64,000 nucleotides of DNA. Source: an uncultured delta proteobacterium (GTDB lineage: Bacteria > Desulfobacterota > Desulfobacteria > Desulfobacterales > SG8-13). The DNA lies in contig CAWGUE010000031.1 of assembly GCA_963825595.1 (NCBI GenBank), forward strand, positions 2,270-66,269, in the 5' to 3' direction. The translations under genes were made by a program, and so were the position numbers. Shown one piece after another: positions 51,916 to 61,831 of this stretch. The notes under the pieces were generated by a model. It saw only the letters and a program-made list of their open reading frames with translations. It had not been told where the DNA came from and did not search any database. Numbering within the stretch: position 1 is the stretch's first letter; each line of letters starts with the position of its first letter.

Positions 51916-52179
51916 CTACACCCTCCAACTGTCTTTGAACATCTATTTTGTTTGAGCAAAATTAAAGCTATTTTAATACAAGATGATGGATATTACACTG
52001 GATGAATGCCACCCTATCGTCCGTTATCTACACATATATTAGGAAGATTACTGGGCTCTCGATATTTTGAGGGCGGAAGGAAGGCCGAAACAAACGCAAA
52101 ATAAATAGGGAAGGCATTCCGGTTGCGTTTGGGGGCTTTATGTTCTTTCCCAATCACTTATAAATTTAACCCAAAAAGG

Positions 52180-52743
52180 TCACTGAAGTTGCATAGTGGT
52201 TATGCAGGTGTTGCTACCGTCTGTGGTCGTTATTATGCCAGCAACTGAACGGCTGAGACCCTCGATGGTTAGATTGATCGTACGATCTCTTGGCAACCAA
52301 AGTTCCATGAATCCGTTTTTCAAAGTAGAGACAGGCATATCAGTAATAACAGTGCCTGATTGATCGACGGCTTTGACATTGAATTTCGTCTGAGTCAATT
52401 CCCCCTGACAGGAGGACATGAAGTGAACGCCTCATTTGTGGGTCTTCCTGATAAAGGGAGCGACGGCAATCATGACCTTTTCTTCAGGAAGTGCAATTTT
52501 TTTGGCATTACCGCTTTCAAACTGAAAAACAACTTCTTGGGTGGTGATATGAGTTTTCACGGGCTGCTTTTCCCAGTGCCACTGGTTAGCAAGGGCCAGT
52601 GCTTGGTACGCGTCTATCCCATCAAGTTGCTTTATCAGCTTGGATTCCACCATTGAATGAGAGGCGGTAGACAAAATAACCAATGAGAGTGCCGTCAAAG
52701 GCACTATGATAAACAGCTTGTTTATAGAACATCTTATGGTCAT
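52180..52743 (-). CDS. cueP: CueP family periplasmic copper-binding protein containing Sec (Sec104; 187 aa)
   Basis: ORFs 52432-52743 and 52180-52419 share a frame; AVAPFIRKTHK-U-GVHFMSSCQGE..NGFMELWLPR..SNTCITT matches the CueP pattern TH.C..H...GCQGE. Confidence 0.85.
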
Positions 52744-53111
52744 GAGATTTTTCTCCTTTAAAAGACGAAATCAACCCGATTCTTTTCGGCGTTAATGAAC
52801 GTAATATTAGTGGTGATGGCAATTTTGTCAATTCTGTGACCTCTATTGCCAATTCAGGATCAGGCCGCCTGAAAATCAGAAACCTTTTTTCTCGACTTGA
52901 GATATTTTGATAGTACCAGTCCCAAAACAAAAAATGCCATACGGACTATCATGTAAACCTGTGTAAAACATACACGGTCACGACTGAATGAATGAAAGCG
53001 GTGGGTCATTATTACGCAGATTCAATGACCTCCGCGAAGCCGGAGAAATGGCTTGTGAACCGATAAAGGGGAACTCTTAAACCATTAATTCAGGCAAAAC
53101 ATTTATATGCA

Positions 53112-54053
53112 ATGAACATGAATTCGACACTTTACCAAACAGATCAAATCCGGTGTTATGATGTCCGTGGGCAGGAGATCGACTGCACAGGAACCGGACA
53201 GGATGGGGACATCCGTGCCGGCCTTATCTGGCCGAAGCCGCGCTTCAAAGAGCAAGAGGCGATGGTAATAGATTCCCTCAGTGGCTTGATGTGGACGATA
53301 AACGCCACACCGGCTGAGTTCCCCCGGACGTGGGGGGAAGCTTTTGAATATATCAACCAGATGAATGCGTCTTGCAGCCATGGATATGAAGACTGGCGGC
53401 TGCCGGATCGGCGCGAGTTGTTCAGTCTGATCAGCCACAGCCGAATCAATCCGGCCCTGCCGGCCGCTCATCCTTTTACTAATGTCTTTGCAGGATATTA
53501 CTGGACGTCCAGCCCGTGCGCCCAGTGGCCCAAACAGGCATGGTATGTAAATCTCGGCGGTGGTAGGGTATTTAAGGGTATGAAGCAGGGCTCCTATCTG
53601 GTTTGGCCGGTGAGGCGATTGCAATCACCAAACCCGATTGCCCCTGGTGATCGCTTCGAAATCTCCGACCATCTCGTTTCCGATCGATTGACCGGATTGG
53701 TGTGGTTGCGTTCGACAATGGGGTCGAAAGACGTTTTGAACTGGCCAGCAGCCCTGTTAGACGTAGAGCGCTTGAACGCAAATAGCGCATACGGTTATAA
53801 TGACTGGCGGCTGCCAAATATCCGAGAACTTGAGAGTCTGGTTGCGCTCGATCAACACAGCCCGGCACTTCCCGAATCCCATCCCTTCCAAAATATCGGT
53901 GAAGGGTATTGGTCTTCCACAACGAGTGTTTACGACCCTTCATATGCCTGGGTTCTGTACAGTGGCGATGGCAATGTGGGGGTGGGGTTCAAGGCAAAAG
54001 CAGATTTCTCTATCTGGCCCGTCCGTAGTGGGACTTCTTCCCGTTTTCGATGA
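53112..54053 (+). CDS. DUF1566 (Lcl C-terminal) tandem-domain protein
   Basis: two repeats of D..[S/T]GL.W..G[Y/H].DWRLP..REL.SL..YW[T/S]S. Confidence 0.85.
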   Translation: MNMNSTLYQTDQIRCYDVRGQEIDCTGTGQDGDIRAGLIWPKPRFKEQEAMVIDSLSGLMWTINATPAEFPRTWGEAFEYINQMNASCSHGYEDWRLPDRRELFSLISHSRINPALPAAHPFTNVFAGYYWTSSPCAQWPKQAWYVNLGGGRVFKGMKQGSYLVWPVRRLQSPNPIAPGDRFEISDHLVSDRLTGLVWLRSTMGSKDVLNWPAALLDVERLNANSAYGYNDWRLPNIRELESLVALDQHSPALPESHPFQNIGEGYWSSTTSVYDPSYAWVLYSGDGNVGVGFKAKADFSIWPVRSGTSSRFR

Positions 54054-54784
54054 AATGGTCATTATTTGCCGATACAAGCAACCTATCAATGAAATCCTTC
54101 TTCCGAAAAATCGCTAAAAATCCGCAGCGAGGGATACTGCCCCTGGACAGACAGATCAAAGCATGGCGCAAGGCAAACCGCAGAATGAACTGGGAGATCG
54201 GACAGGTTCAATTCGAAGCGATCGGTCTGGAACCGGAGTTGTCGCAAACGGACCGTCGCGATGGGTTTTCAGGCGTCATCCTGTCCTATGGTTTCGGTGA
54301 TGACGGTCACGGCAATTCCGACGCCAAGTTGTCCAGTCGAAACACCTGGGATTTTGCTGCCAAGCGAAGAAAACCGAAAATCTGGCAGTGCGAATACATC
54401 GATTTCGAACACAGCGAGCATTTGCGTCTTCGGCCAGCCGCACCACTGCGACCCAAAGGCTTTTACTTCTCGAAGTTCCGGCATGGGGACCGGTTTCAAC
54501 ATGTAACAGTTGCCGAGTTCCGGAAACGGATAGGCCCGCAAGACGCCGGTTGCGGTCCGGAAGGGTTTCAGCTATTGACCATCACCCATCCGCACTTCGC
54601 TTCCATGATGAATTCGCGCCAGATGATGTTCATGACAATTGCCGACTTCGATGTCGCCCCATACGGCTACGGCGATTTCTTCGATGCGCCCCAAATATTC
54701 TGCAGCAATGACACCTTGGGGCTGGGCATCGGTCATGTAGACCGGGTTTACCCTCTGTTCGGTATACCAACCCTGAGATTTTAG
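54050..54784 (+). CDS. hypothetical protein
   Basis: 244-aa ORF with ATGA overlap to the upstream gene; start uncertain. Confidence 0.6.
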   Translation: MKWSLFADTSNLSMKSFFRKIAKNPQRGILPLDRQIKAWRKANRRMNWEIGQVQFEAIGLEPELSQTDRRDGFSGVILSYGFGDDGHGNSDAKLSSRNTWDFAAKRRKPKIWQCEYIDFEHSEHLRLRPAAPLRPKGFYFSKFRHGDRFQHVTVAEFRKRIGPQDAGCGPEGFQLLTITHPHFASMMNSRQMMFMTIADFDVAPYGYGDFFDAPQIFCSNDTLGLGIGHVDRVYPLFGIPTLRF

Positions 54785-54947
54785 CCTATCGGATCCCCAT
54801 CTTGATACCACCCCGCGGCTCCATAGATAAGTACAGGAACCAAAATGCGCATTTGTAAATTTTAGATGGGTGATTAAAGTGTGAATTGACCTCCCTTGCC
54901 GGCGGGATAATAATTCCGACAAGTCAAAACGTTAATAAAGGATTGAT

Positions 54948-56288
54948 ATGCAAATCATCGCAAAAATAATTTTGTTGCTCATGGTTATCGGTTTTTCAAC
55001 GCCGGTATCGGCAGTCAGTGCACAAAAGTTAAAGCTAACAGCAGAACAATCATCACATCAATTTCCGTTTTTCGACGCGCAAACCCCGGTCTGGTCGTAC
55101 AATGGTTCGATACCCGGCCCTACCATTCGCGGCCAGGTGGGACAAACCATCGAAGTTGAATTCATCAACAATCTGGACGAGCCTTCCAGCATCCATTGGC
55201 ACGGATTGATTGTCGATAACGCCATGGACGGTGTCCCAGGCGTCACCCAGGACCCGGTAAAAGCCGGAGATCGCTTTTCCTATCGGCTTAAACTCCGGGA
55301 TGCCGGAACATACTGGTATCACCCCCACCTCAATGGCAGCGAGCAGTTGGGGCGCGGACTTAAAGGTGCGCTTATCGTGGAACCGAAGGAAAAACTTCCC
55401 TGGTCTCAGGACATTGTCTGGCTTATCGACGACTGGCTCCTTGAAAAAAGCGGAGATATCTTTCCAAGCTTCAACACCGGCCGCGACCTGATGCACGACG
55501 GCCGCTGGGGAAATGTCGTCACTATCAACGGTAAATATCAACCCAAGGTTTCGGTAACTCCGGGTGAACGCATCCGCATCCGCCTCATAAATGGTGCTAA
55601 TGCACGGGTCCTTATGCCCCTCTTTAACGGAATCGATGCCCATGTAATCGCAGTGGATGGAAAACCGGTTTCACAAATTTTCAAATACAACGGCTTCGAT
55701 CTCGCCCCAGGCAACCGAATCGATCTGGACATCATCATACCGACCGAAGCGCAGGGCCACACCTACGTTGTTGAAGATGGGTTCACACGAAACAAGTTTC
55801 CGTTGGCATCAATAGAGGTAAAAGAGGTTCAACCGGTCCAGACACCGGTATTCGATCCAACGACAGCTGAAGATTTTTTACCGGCAAATGTTTTTTCAAA
55901 GGTCACACCTTCAAAAACGTGGGATCTCGATGCCATCCGAGGAGGAAAATTCGGCATCGGATGGGCAATGAATCGTCTGCTGTGGCCCAATAGCGACACG
56001 GCCGACATTCCGATGGGACAACCACAAAAAATTGTGTTCAGAAACAATAGTTCGCGGCTGCATCCGATGCACATCCACGGAACATTCTTCAGGGTGTTGG
56101 AACGCAACGGAAAACCTGAAGCAGAGCCATTTACGAGGGATACCGTTCTGCTGAGTGCCCGGGAATCTGTTGTCATCGGGCTTGTGCCGACTGAACCAGG
56201 CATTTGGATGTCGCATTGCCACATACAATCTCACGCGGAAGCGGGTATGATGACTACCGTCAATGTGGCCCCCCAACGCTCAGATTAA
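54948..56288 (+). CDS. multicopper oxidase
   Basis: signal peptide, IHWHG, WYHPH, HPMHIHG, HCHIQSHAEAGM. Confidence 0.92.
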   Translation: MQIIAKIILLLMVIGFSTPVSAVSAQKLKLTAEQSSHQFPFFDAQTPVWSYNGSIPGPTIRGQVGQTIEVEFINNLDEPSSIHWHGLIVDNAMDGVPGVTQDPVKAGDRFSYRLKLRDAGTYWYHPHLNGSEQLGRGLKGALIVEPKEKLPWSQDIVWLIDDWLLEKSGDIFPSFNTGRDLMHDGRWGNVVTINGKYQPKVSVTPGERIRIRLINGANARVLMPLFNGIDAHVIAVDGKPVSQIFKYNGFDLAPGNRIDLDIIIPTEAQGHTYVVEDGFTRNKFPLASIEVKEVQPVQTPVFDPTTAEDFLPANVFSKVTPSKTWDLDAIRGGKFGIGWAMNRLLWPNSDTADIPMGQPQKIVFRNNSSRLHPMHIHGTFFRVLERNGKPEAEPFTRDTVLLSARESVVIGLVPTEPGIWMSHCHIQSHAEAGMMTTVNVAPQRSD

Positions 56289-56559
56289 TTTCGGGCGGTT
56301 CTCATTGAAAATGCCTGCCCAAGCCAAATCCTCATCGAGCCCTCTGGTTATGCCTGTCTGATACTATTCCGGCCCTCTCTTCCCATTTTCTATAACCGTC
56401 TCGGCCGATCTCAACCGCGCATTTTTTACCCGCTTTACCCGACAGATTGTTAATGTGGGTAATTTTTACTCGTTTTAAAGCCACCTATCCCTGAAGTCTT
56501 ATTTACGAAAATAAAAAAATATCATTAATTCAGAACACTTAAACAGGCATGCCACAATG

Positions 56560-56575
56560 TGGTATGCTTTGTGCT
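56560..56575 (+). promoter_or_regulatory. sigma54-like promoter
   Basis: TGGTATG-CTTT-GTGCT with paired enhancer-like boxes at 56416-56432 and 56456-56472. Confidence 0.55.
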
Positions 56576-56651
56576 TAATTATTGGCTACCGTGATAAAAT
56601 ACGGAAAAACGGCATCAACGCTTAGCGTTAACCCGATTTAAACCCCATAAG

Positions 56652-56960
56652 GAAAGTGGCGTCCGGGTAGATGCCAAACCCGTGGAACTGAAATAGGGGC
56701 GTAACGCCCGCTTCGAAGTTCGATTGAACACGCATTCGGTTGAGCTCGATCAGGATCTGGCAGCTATCAGCAGTCTCAAAGACAACAAGGGCAACACCTT
56801 TCAAGCGACCGGTTGGGACGGATCGCCGCCCGGTGGCCACCATCGCAGCGGCACGCTTTCCTTTCCAACTCTCGCGCCGGGCACCGAATCCGTCCCTCTG
56901 ATTATCAGAAGTTTCGGCAATGATTCGGAGCGCATCTTTTCCTGGCAAGTACAACCATAA
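56652..56960 (+). pseudogene. remnant of an exported hypothetical protein (5' lost, in-frame TAG at 56694)
   Basis: GVRVDAKPVELK*GRNARFEVRLNTHSVELD..WDGSPPGGHHRSG.L.FP; no start or signal peptide. Confidence 0.55.
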
Positions 56961-57034
56961 TTCAACCGGTAATCGCACCATGTCGACTGCCGCTTACAAC
57001 AGCATCACTTAGAGCGTAAAAGGAGGTGATTACA

Positions 57035-57538
57035 ATGGCCGAACGAACCGGATTAATTCTCCATACTTTTGACAATGGCATGGCGGAGGTGGTTACCGAC
57101 CGCAAAAACGCCTGCGGAGGGTGCGAGCACTCGCACGGATGTCGATCATGTCTGACCAGCGCCAAAATGGTCGCTATGGTGAAAAACCCCATTGGGGCCG
57201 ATCAAGGGGACGTGGTTTCGATCTACCTGAAGGAATCCGCGCTCTGGACCGGCGCCGTTTTCCTTTACATCATCCCGGTCTTGTGGCTGATGGCCGGGGC
57301 TTTTGTCGGCGCCAGCGTGGGCAGCGAGTGGCAGATGGGTGAAACCGGTGCTGCCATCTTGGTGGGCCTATTAGGACTCGCCCTTGGTTTTATGATGACC
57401 ATGGCCATCTCAAAGTCAGCGAGCTTTGGCCTGAAGCTCGTCCCTCAGATCACACGGGTCATCGAGCGTGCAAAAACAGCTGTAGTTAAGGGCACCACCG
57501 GCATCAATACAACCCCGAATGCCGCTTGTTGTGGATAG
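57035..57538 (+). CDS. RseC family membrane protein (second copy)
   Basis: ACGGC...GC.SC, N.IGA..GD.V, LYIIP, C-terminal ACCG; AGGAGGTG RBS. Confidence 0.82.
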   Translation: MAERTGLILHTFDNGMAEVVTDRKNACGGCEHSHGCRSCLTSAKMVAMVKNPIGADQGDVVSIYLKESALWTGAVFLYIIPVLWLMAGAFVGASVGSEWQMGETGAAILVGLLGLALGFMMTMAISKSASFGLKLVPQITRVIERAKTAVVKGTTGINTTPNAACCG

Positions 57539-57694
57539 AGCAAGAGCAATATCCATTGTCGAGAACAATAAAAGCAATACGCTGGACCTTTTTTCGACAG
57601 TCACTGCCGATAACTGGACAAATATGAGTGCGCACGTTCCCACCCGGCGGACAGGGTATTATTATGGATAAAGATGAATTGAAAAATCGCTTGA

Positions 57695-57883
57695 CTGGAT
57701 ATCATGCATGGAGACTGTTTCCTCTTGTCCTCCGACGGACTTCATGGTTTGGTTCCAAGGAAAACTATCCAAGACACACGCAAACGCCATGCCGACTCGA
57801 GGCAATCCGCCCAAAAACTCCTGCAAGCGGCGCTGGAAAACGGCGGTAAGGACAACATTACCATAATTGTTATCCAAATCTGA
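57695..57883 (+). pseudogene. C-terminal remnant of a PP2C (Stp1/PrpC) phosphatase
   Basis: GDCFLLSSDGLHGLV...LLQAALENGGKDNITIIVI* with no N-terminal half. Confidence 0.7.
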
Positions 57884-57912
57884 TCAAGAAAACCTTTGGA
57901 GCGGTACGTACT

Positions 57913-58461
57913 GTGAACGTTTATGAAACCGGATTGATCGCCGTGTCTCTCGGCTGCGATGCTTTTGCAGTCGGGCTTGGCGTGGGTACGCGCTGTGGTG
58001 CGCCCCGGCAGGTATTTCGGCTGTCGTTTCATTTCGGTCTCTTTCAGTTCATGATGCCGCTGATCGGCTGGATGGCCGGCCATTACTTAATGGACTGGAC
58101 GCAAAGGTGGGGAGGCTGGATAGCTTTCGGTCTCCTTATTTTTATCGGTGCCAGGATGGTTCGAGAAGGCGCGTTACATGATGAAGAAAAGGTATCATGC
58201 CCCGACCCCACAAAAGGCATGAGTTTGGTGATGCTTTCCCTGGCCACAAGTATCGATGCCCTAGTCGTCGGATTTGGCATCGGTATTATGGGACAAAGCT
58301 TTTATTGGATGGCGGTGTGGATCGGCATCACGGCAGCCGGGATGACCTGGCTGGCCATGAAGTTGGGCAACAAACTATCCGGCAGATTTACCCAGCGGAT
58401 GGAAATTTTTGGGGGTCTTCTCCTGATAGCGATCGCTTTTAAACTGCTGCTTGCCGGATGA
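57913..58461 (+). CDS. mntP: manganese efflux pump MntP
   Basis: DAFAV, FGLFQ..MP.IGW, LATSIDAL.VG, E..GG..LI. Confidence 0.9.
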   Translation: MNVYETGLIAVSLGCDAFAVGLGVGTRCGAPRQVFRLSFHFGLFQFMMPLIGWMAGHYLMDWTQRWGGWIAFGLLIFIGARMVREGALHDEEKVSCPDPTKGMSLVMLSLATSIDALVVGFGIGIMGQSFYWMAVWIGITAAGMTWLAMKLGNKLSGRFTQRMEIFGGLLLIAIAFKLLLAG

Positions 58462-58632
58462 TTCCCCTGCGGTATTGCGGGTAATTTGGAATGATATCCT
58501 GTTTACGCAATTAAAGGAAACCTGTGCCGACATCATGATGAGCCCCGCCGTGTCATGCAATCGCCACGTCGGTTTCACATGTTAACAGCATTAGTGATTT
58601 GGATGTTTCCTGAATTAGAGAAACGGGGTCAA

Positions 58633-59112
58633 ATGGTGACAGACGATTTGCAATACCCTCAGATTCTGCAGCACCGGACATGGTACGGGGTCAACGCAAC
58701 CGTAACCCTTGCGTCTAAATTTATTCATAAGACGGGTTTCGGGAATATTTTGATTCCTCATCCAGCCGCGGTGAACTGGCTTCTCAGGCGGGGACTGAAA
58801 TTGAAGAACGGGGTTTCCCTGTGCATCCAACATGAGGTGGGGCATCTACAGACCGTGCCTTTAGCGCTGTTATATGTAGGCATACTGCTGTCGATGGCTA
58901 TTGGGGAAGGTAGAATATCCTGGTTCAAGATGCTGTTCTTGGTGGTGTCTGCGCAAGCCGTCTGGGAGATAATGTCCGAGTTTTTCACTATGTTCAGCGA
59001 TATTGAAAGTTACCGCGCCTGTTACGCCGGTGTCACAAAACTCCCAAGGATCATTTTTTGGTTGACGTCCGTCTTGGCGGCCCTCACCGGTGCGCTCATC
59101 CTCTTGAATTGA
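58633..59112 (+). CDS. hypothetical membrane protein with HExxH
   Basis: QHEVGHLQ followed by TM helices and a WE..SE motif; start uncertain. Confidence 0.6.
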   Translation: MVTDDLQYPQILQHRTWYGVNATVTLASKFIHKTGFGNILIPHPAAVNWLLRRGLKLKNGVSLCIQHEVGHLQTVPLALLYVGILLSMAIGEGRISWFKMLFLVVSAQAVWEIMSEFFTMFSDIESYRACYAGVTKLPRIIFWLTSVLAALTGALILLN

Positions 59113-59336
59113 TAACTTTGATTTGACGATGATTTTTCTCACTGTATGGTTTTAGCAAGAAATCTAATAAACATTGATTATTCTCCGTTCGTTCATATAC
59201 TTTCCATTCTTAAAGAAAGGCAGCATCGGTTGGTGCGGCGGGCTCGATAGGCACCACACCCCTCAACAAACCAAGCCGCCGGTCGATGGAGAATTCTCGC
59301 ATTAATAGAATGCATCGGCCATCGAACTTGGCAAAT

Positions 59337-60215
59337 ATGACTATGAGGTCGTATCAATTGAGAAAAATAAACAGATTTGAAGCGCCTGTAGCAATAAGAA
59401 GACTCATTCATCAGGGAATTGCCCGCCTGACGACCTATTGGCCGTACCTCTCCAATAAGCTGATAGAAGCATTTAAGCCACTGGCACTCGACAACATCCC
59501 ATGGGCACAGGTGACCAAACCGCTGAATGAATCCAAGATCGCCGTCGTCACCACTGCCGGTTTACACCACCGAAACCAGGCAGCATTTAACATGGCCGAT
59601 TCCCAAGGCGACCCGACGTATCGCATTCTCGATGCCGCCAGCATAGAAAACGACTACACGATCACCCACGATTACTACGATCACCGCGACGCCGACAAAG
59701 ATATCAATATCGTGTTTCCCATTACCCGCCTCAAAGAGATGGCCGCAGCCGGCTGCATCGGAGCCCTGGCCAAACGGCATATCAGCTTCATGGGCCATAT
59801 TGACGGCAACCATGTCAATACGTTGAAAAACCAGACAGCTCCCAAAGTGGCGGAACTCCTCGAAAAAGATGCGGCGGATGTGGTTCTGCTGACGCCAGCC
59901 TGAGGTATATGCAATCAATCCGTTGGATTGATTCAACGAGTCATCGAAGCCGTCGGCATCGCCACCATCAGCATATCCATCGTGCGAAAATACACCGAAG
60001 CCATCAAACCACCGCGATCGATCTTCTTGCGTTGGCCGTTTGGGCATCCGTTAGGAGAAGCCCACAACATCCCGCAACAGGCCGCCGTACTTGGAAAGGC
60101 CTTCGAAGCCCTCTATCAGATCGACAGGCCGGGTGAGATTATCGATGTGAACTGGCGCTGGCGCAGGAAATCGTATCCTCCGGCCCCTTGGATGGTTGAT
60201 CCGCCGAGTTGTTGA
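59337..60215 (+). CDS. GrdB/PrdB-like (glycine/betaine/proline reductase selenoprotein B family) selenoprotein, U-x-x-C
   Basis: KIAVVTTAG, GDPTYR, H.YYDH, D.NIVFP, VLLTPA-U-GI-C-NQSVGLIQR.IE..GIAT, PPRS...WPFGHPLG via TGA 59901; 9-bp hairpin at 59913-59933; start uncertain (59286 or 59337). Confidence 0.9.
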
Positions 60216-60623
60216 AAAACCTGGTCTCAATCCCTCTATGCGGAAAGCACCCACCTTTTCTGGGTGTAAAGTTTTGCTTATTCTATGTATGATGCCATAG
60301 GCATGGCTCGTAGCAAAAAAAATGTTATCCCCTTTTGCCTGTCGTTGTTCTTTCTCCAAAATCTATCCGTCTGAATATAAACTGAAATTTTACTACCTAT
60401 TTGTGGTGTTCTCGCTACAACGGCACCTGAAATCGATTTCGACGACATAACGATTGGACTAAGGTGTGTAATCTATACACAGCAGCAGTATAAGGTTTCC
60501 ACAAATGTGGGTATAAACTATCCACTCGGCCAAATCACCCAAACATCCATCAAGCACTTGCTCTCTAAATTGTTATTGGTCAGTCAAGTACTTGCACGAA
60601 TGATTGCCACAACGTGGTAGTGT

Positions 60624-60639
60624 TGGCACGCTTTATGCT
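60624..60639 (+). promoter_or_regulatory. sigma54 (-24/-12) promoter
   Basis: TGGCACG-CTTT-ATGCT; paired boxes at 60465-60481 and 60508-60524. Confidence 0.7.
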
Positions 60640-60776
60640 CATACATAGTGGTAAAGGACAATGGAACAGGTTGGAAATAAATGACAATGGAAAATTTCCA
60701 TCCGATATTTAAACTGGTAATCGAATGAGTCAACGCCCAATCTCCAGGGTAGATATCAACCAACAGGAGGCAAAAA

Positions 60777-61274
60777 ATGAACACGAAAGCAAAAGGAATA
60801 ATGATACTAATGATTTTAGCAATCTTTGGCATAACTACCCTGTCGATTGCCGGTTGGGGCCGGGGATACGGACATATGATGGGTCCGGGTTGGAATCAAA
60901 TGGGTGGATATGGGTATGGCCAAGAAGGATACTCGGGCAACCTTTCAAGTAAGGAGATAGCAAAACTGAATCAACAACGTGCTGAATTCTTCAAAGCGAC
61001 TGAAAATACCCGGCAACAGCTTTACGAAAAAGAGCTTGCCCTGAGAAGCGAGATGGCCAAGGAAAATCCGGACATCGCGAAAGCATCGAGTCTGCAAGGT
61101 GAAATTTCCAAGCTTCAAGCTGACCTCGATAAGAAAGGGCTGGATTATGAACTTCAGGCCAGAAAATCAGCACCCAATTATGACCGTGGCTATGGAGGAT
61201 ATGGCCCAATGATGGGAAATGGCCCGATGATGGGCTATGGTCCCAATAGTGGTGAATATTACTGCAGGTGGTAA
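60777..61274 (+). CDS. ZraP/Spy-like periplasmic heavy-metal sensor/chaperone
   Basis: signal peptide, GWGRGYGHMMGPG, LYEKELALRSEM..NPD, C-terminal YCRW; paralog of 46-562. Confidence 0.85.
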   Translation: MNTKAKGIMILMILAIFGITTLSIAGWGRGYGHMMGPGWNQMGGYGYGQEGYSGNLSSKEIAKLNQQRAEFFKATENTRQQLYEKELALRSEMAKENPDIAKASSLQGEISKLQADLDKKGLDYELQARKSAPNYDRGYGGYGPMMGNGPMMGYGPNSGEYYCRW

Positions 61275-61301
61275 ATCTAATAACGCAGTGAACACTTGTA
61301 A

Positions 61302-61330
61302 GGGGGCGGCGACAGTCGCCCCGTTCATTT
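61302..61330 (+). terminator. probable intrinsic terminator
   Basis: GC-rich GGGG..GCGAC-A-GTCGCCCC hairpin followed by a T-rich tract. Confidence 0.45.
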
Positions 61331-61443
61331 TTATAATATTATACGGCCAGGTAAAACCAAAAAAAATAGTTCTGTGATCTTGTGAAAATGGTCAATTTAC
61401 GGCCTATTTATGGCATTTGGCGATTTCGTTCAGGGTGTATAAA

Positions 61444-61812
61444 ATGAAAGACAAAAACAGGTTCCGAAAAGTGTTGGCGGGATCCTTATCCGTGTTGGTA
61501 CCAGGCAGTTTATTTTTAGCAAATCCCACTTTGGCCCAATCAGGCCGGTACAATGACTGGCACATGGGGCGTTGGATGATGGACGGGTGGGGAATGGGAT
61601 GGTTCGGTATGATTTTTATGATTATATTCTGGGGCCTGATTGTTGTCGGCCTCGTGTCGCTGATTCGATGGCTGATTCAGAAAACGAGCCGTAAAGGGCA
61701 TTCTGGTGTAAGCGTGGGCCCTAAAGCGATTGATATTCTCAAAGAGCGCTATGCCAAGGGAGAAATCTCCCAGGATGAATTTGAAACCATGAAAAAGGAC
61801 ATACTCCAATAA
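61444..61812 (+). CDS. SHOCT-domain membrane protein (Met/Gly/Trp-rich)
   Basis: HMGRWMM..WGMGWFGM TM segment; ILKERYAKGEISQDEF. Confidence 0.85.
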   Translation: MKDKNRFRKVLAGSLSVLVPGSLFLANPTLAQSGRYNDWHMGRWMMDGWGMGWFGMIFMIIFWGLIVVGLVSLIRWLIQKTSRKGHSGVSVGPKAIDILKERYAKGEISQDEFETMKKDILQ

Positions 61813-61831
61813 ACTTTACAGGGATTTAAAA

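Noticed and set aside
56694-56696. In-frame TAG as possible pyrrolysine
   Set aside because: The gene lacks its 5' end and start, is not a methylamine methyltransferase, and the position is not an evident catalytic site; simple decay is more likely.
12584-59903. TGA reassigned genome-wide (Trp/Gly code)
   Set aside because: Many genes end cleanly at TGA at their expected C-termini (e.g. 562, 21002, 22186, 33764), Trp uses TGG, and read-through sites cluster at Cys-type redox motifs.
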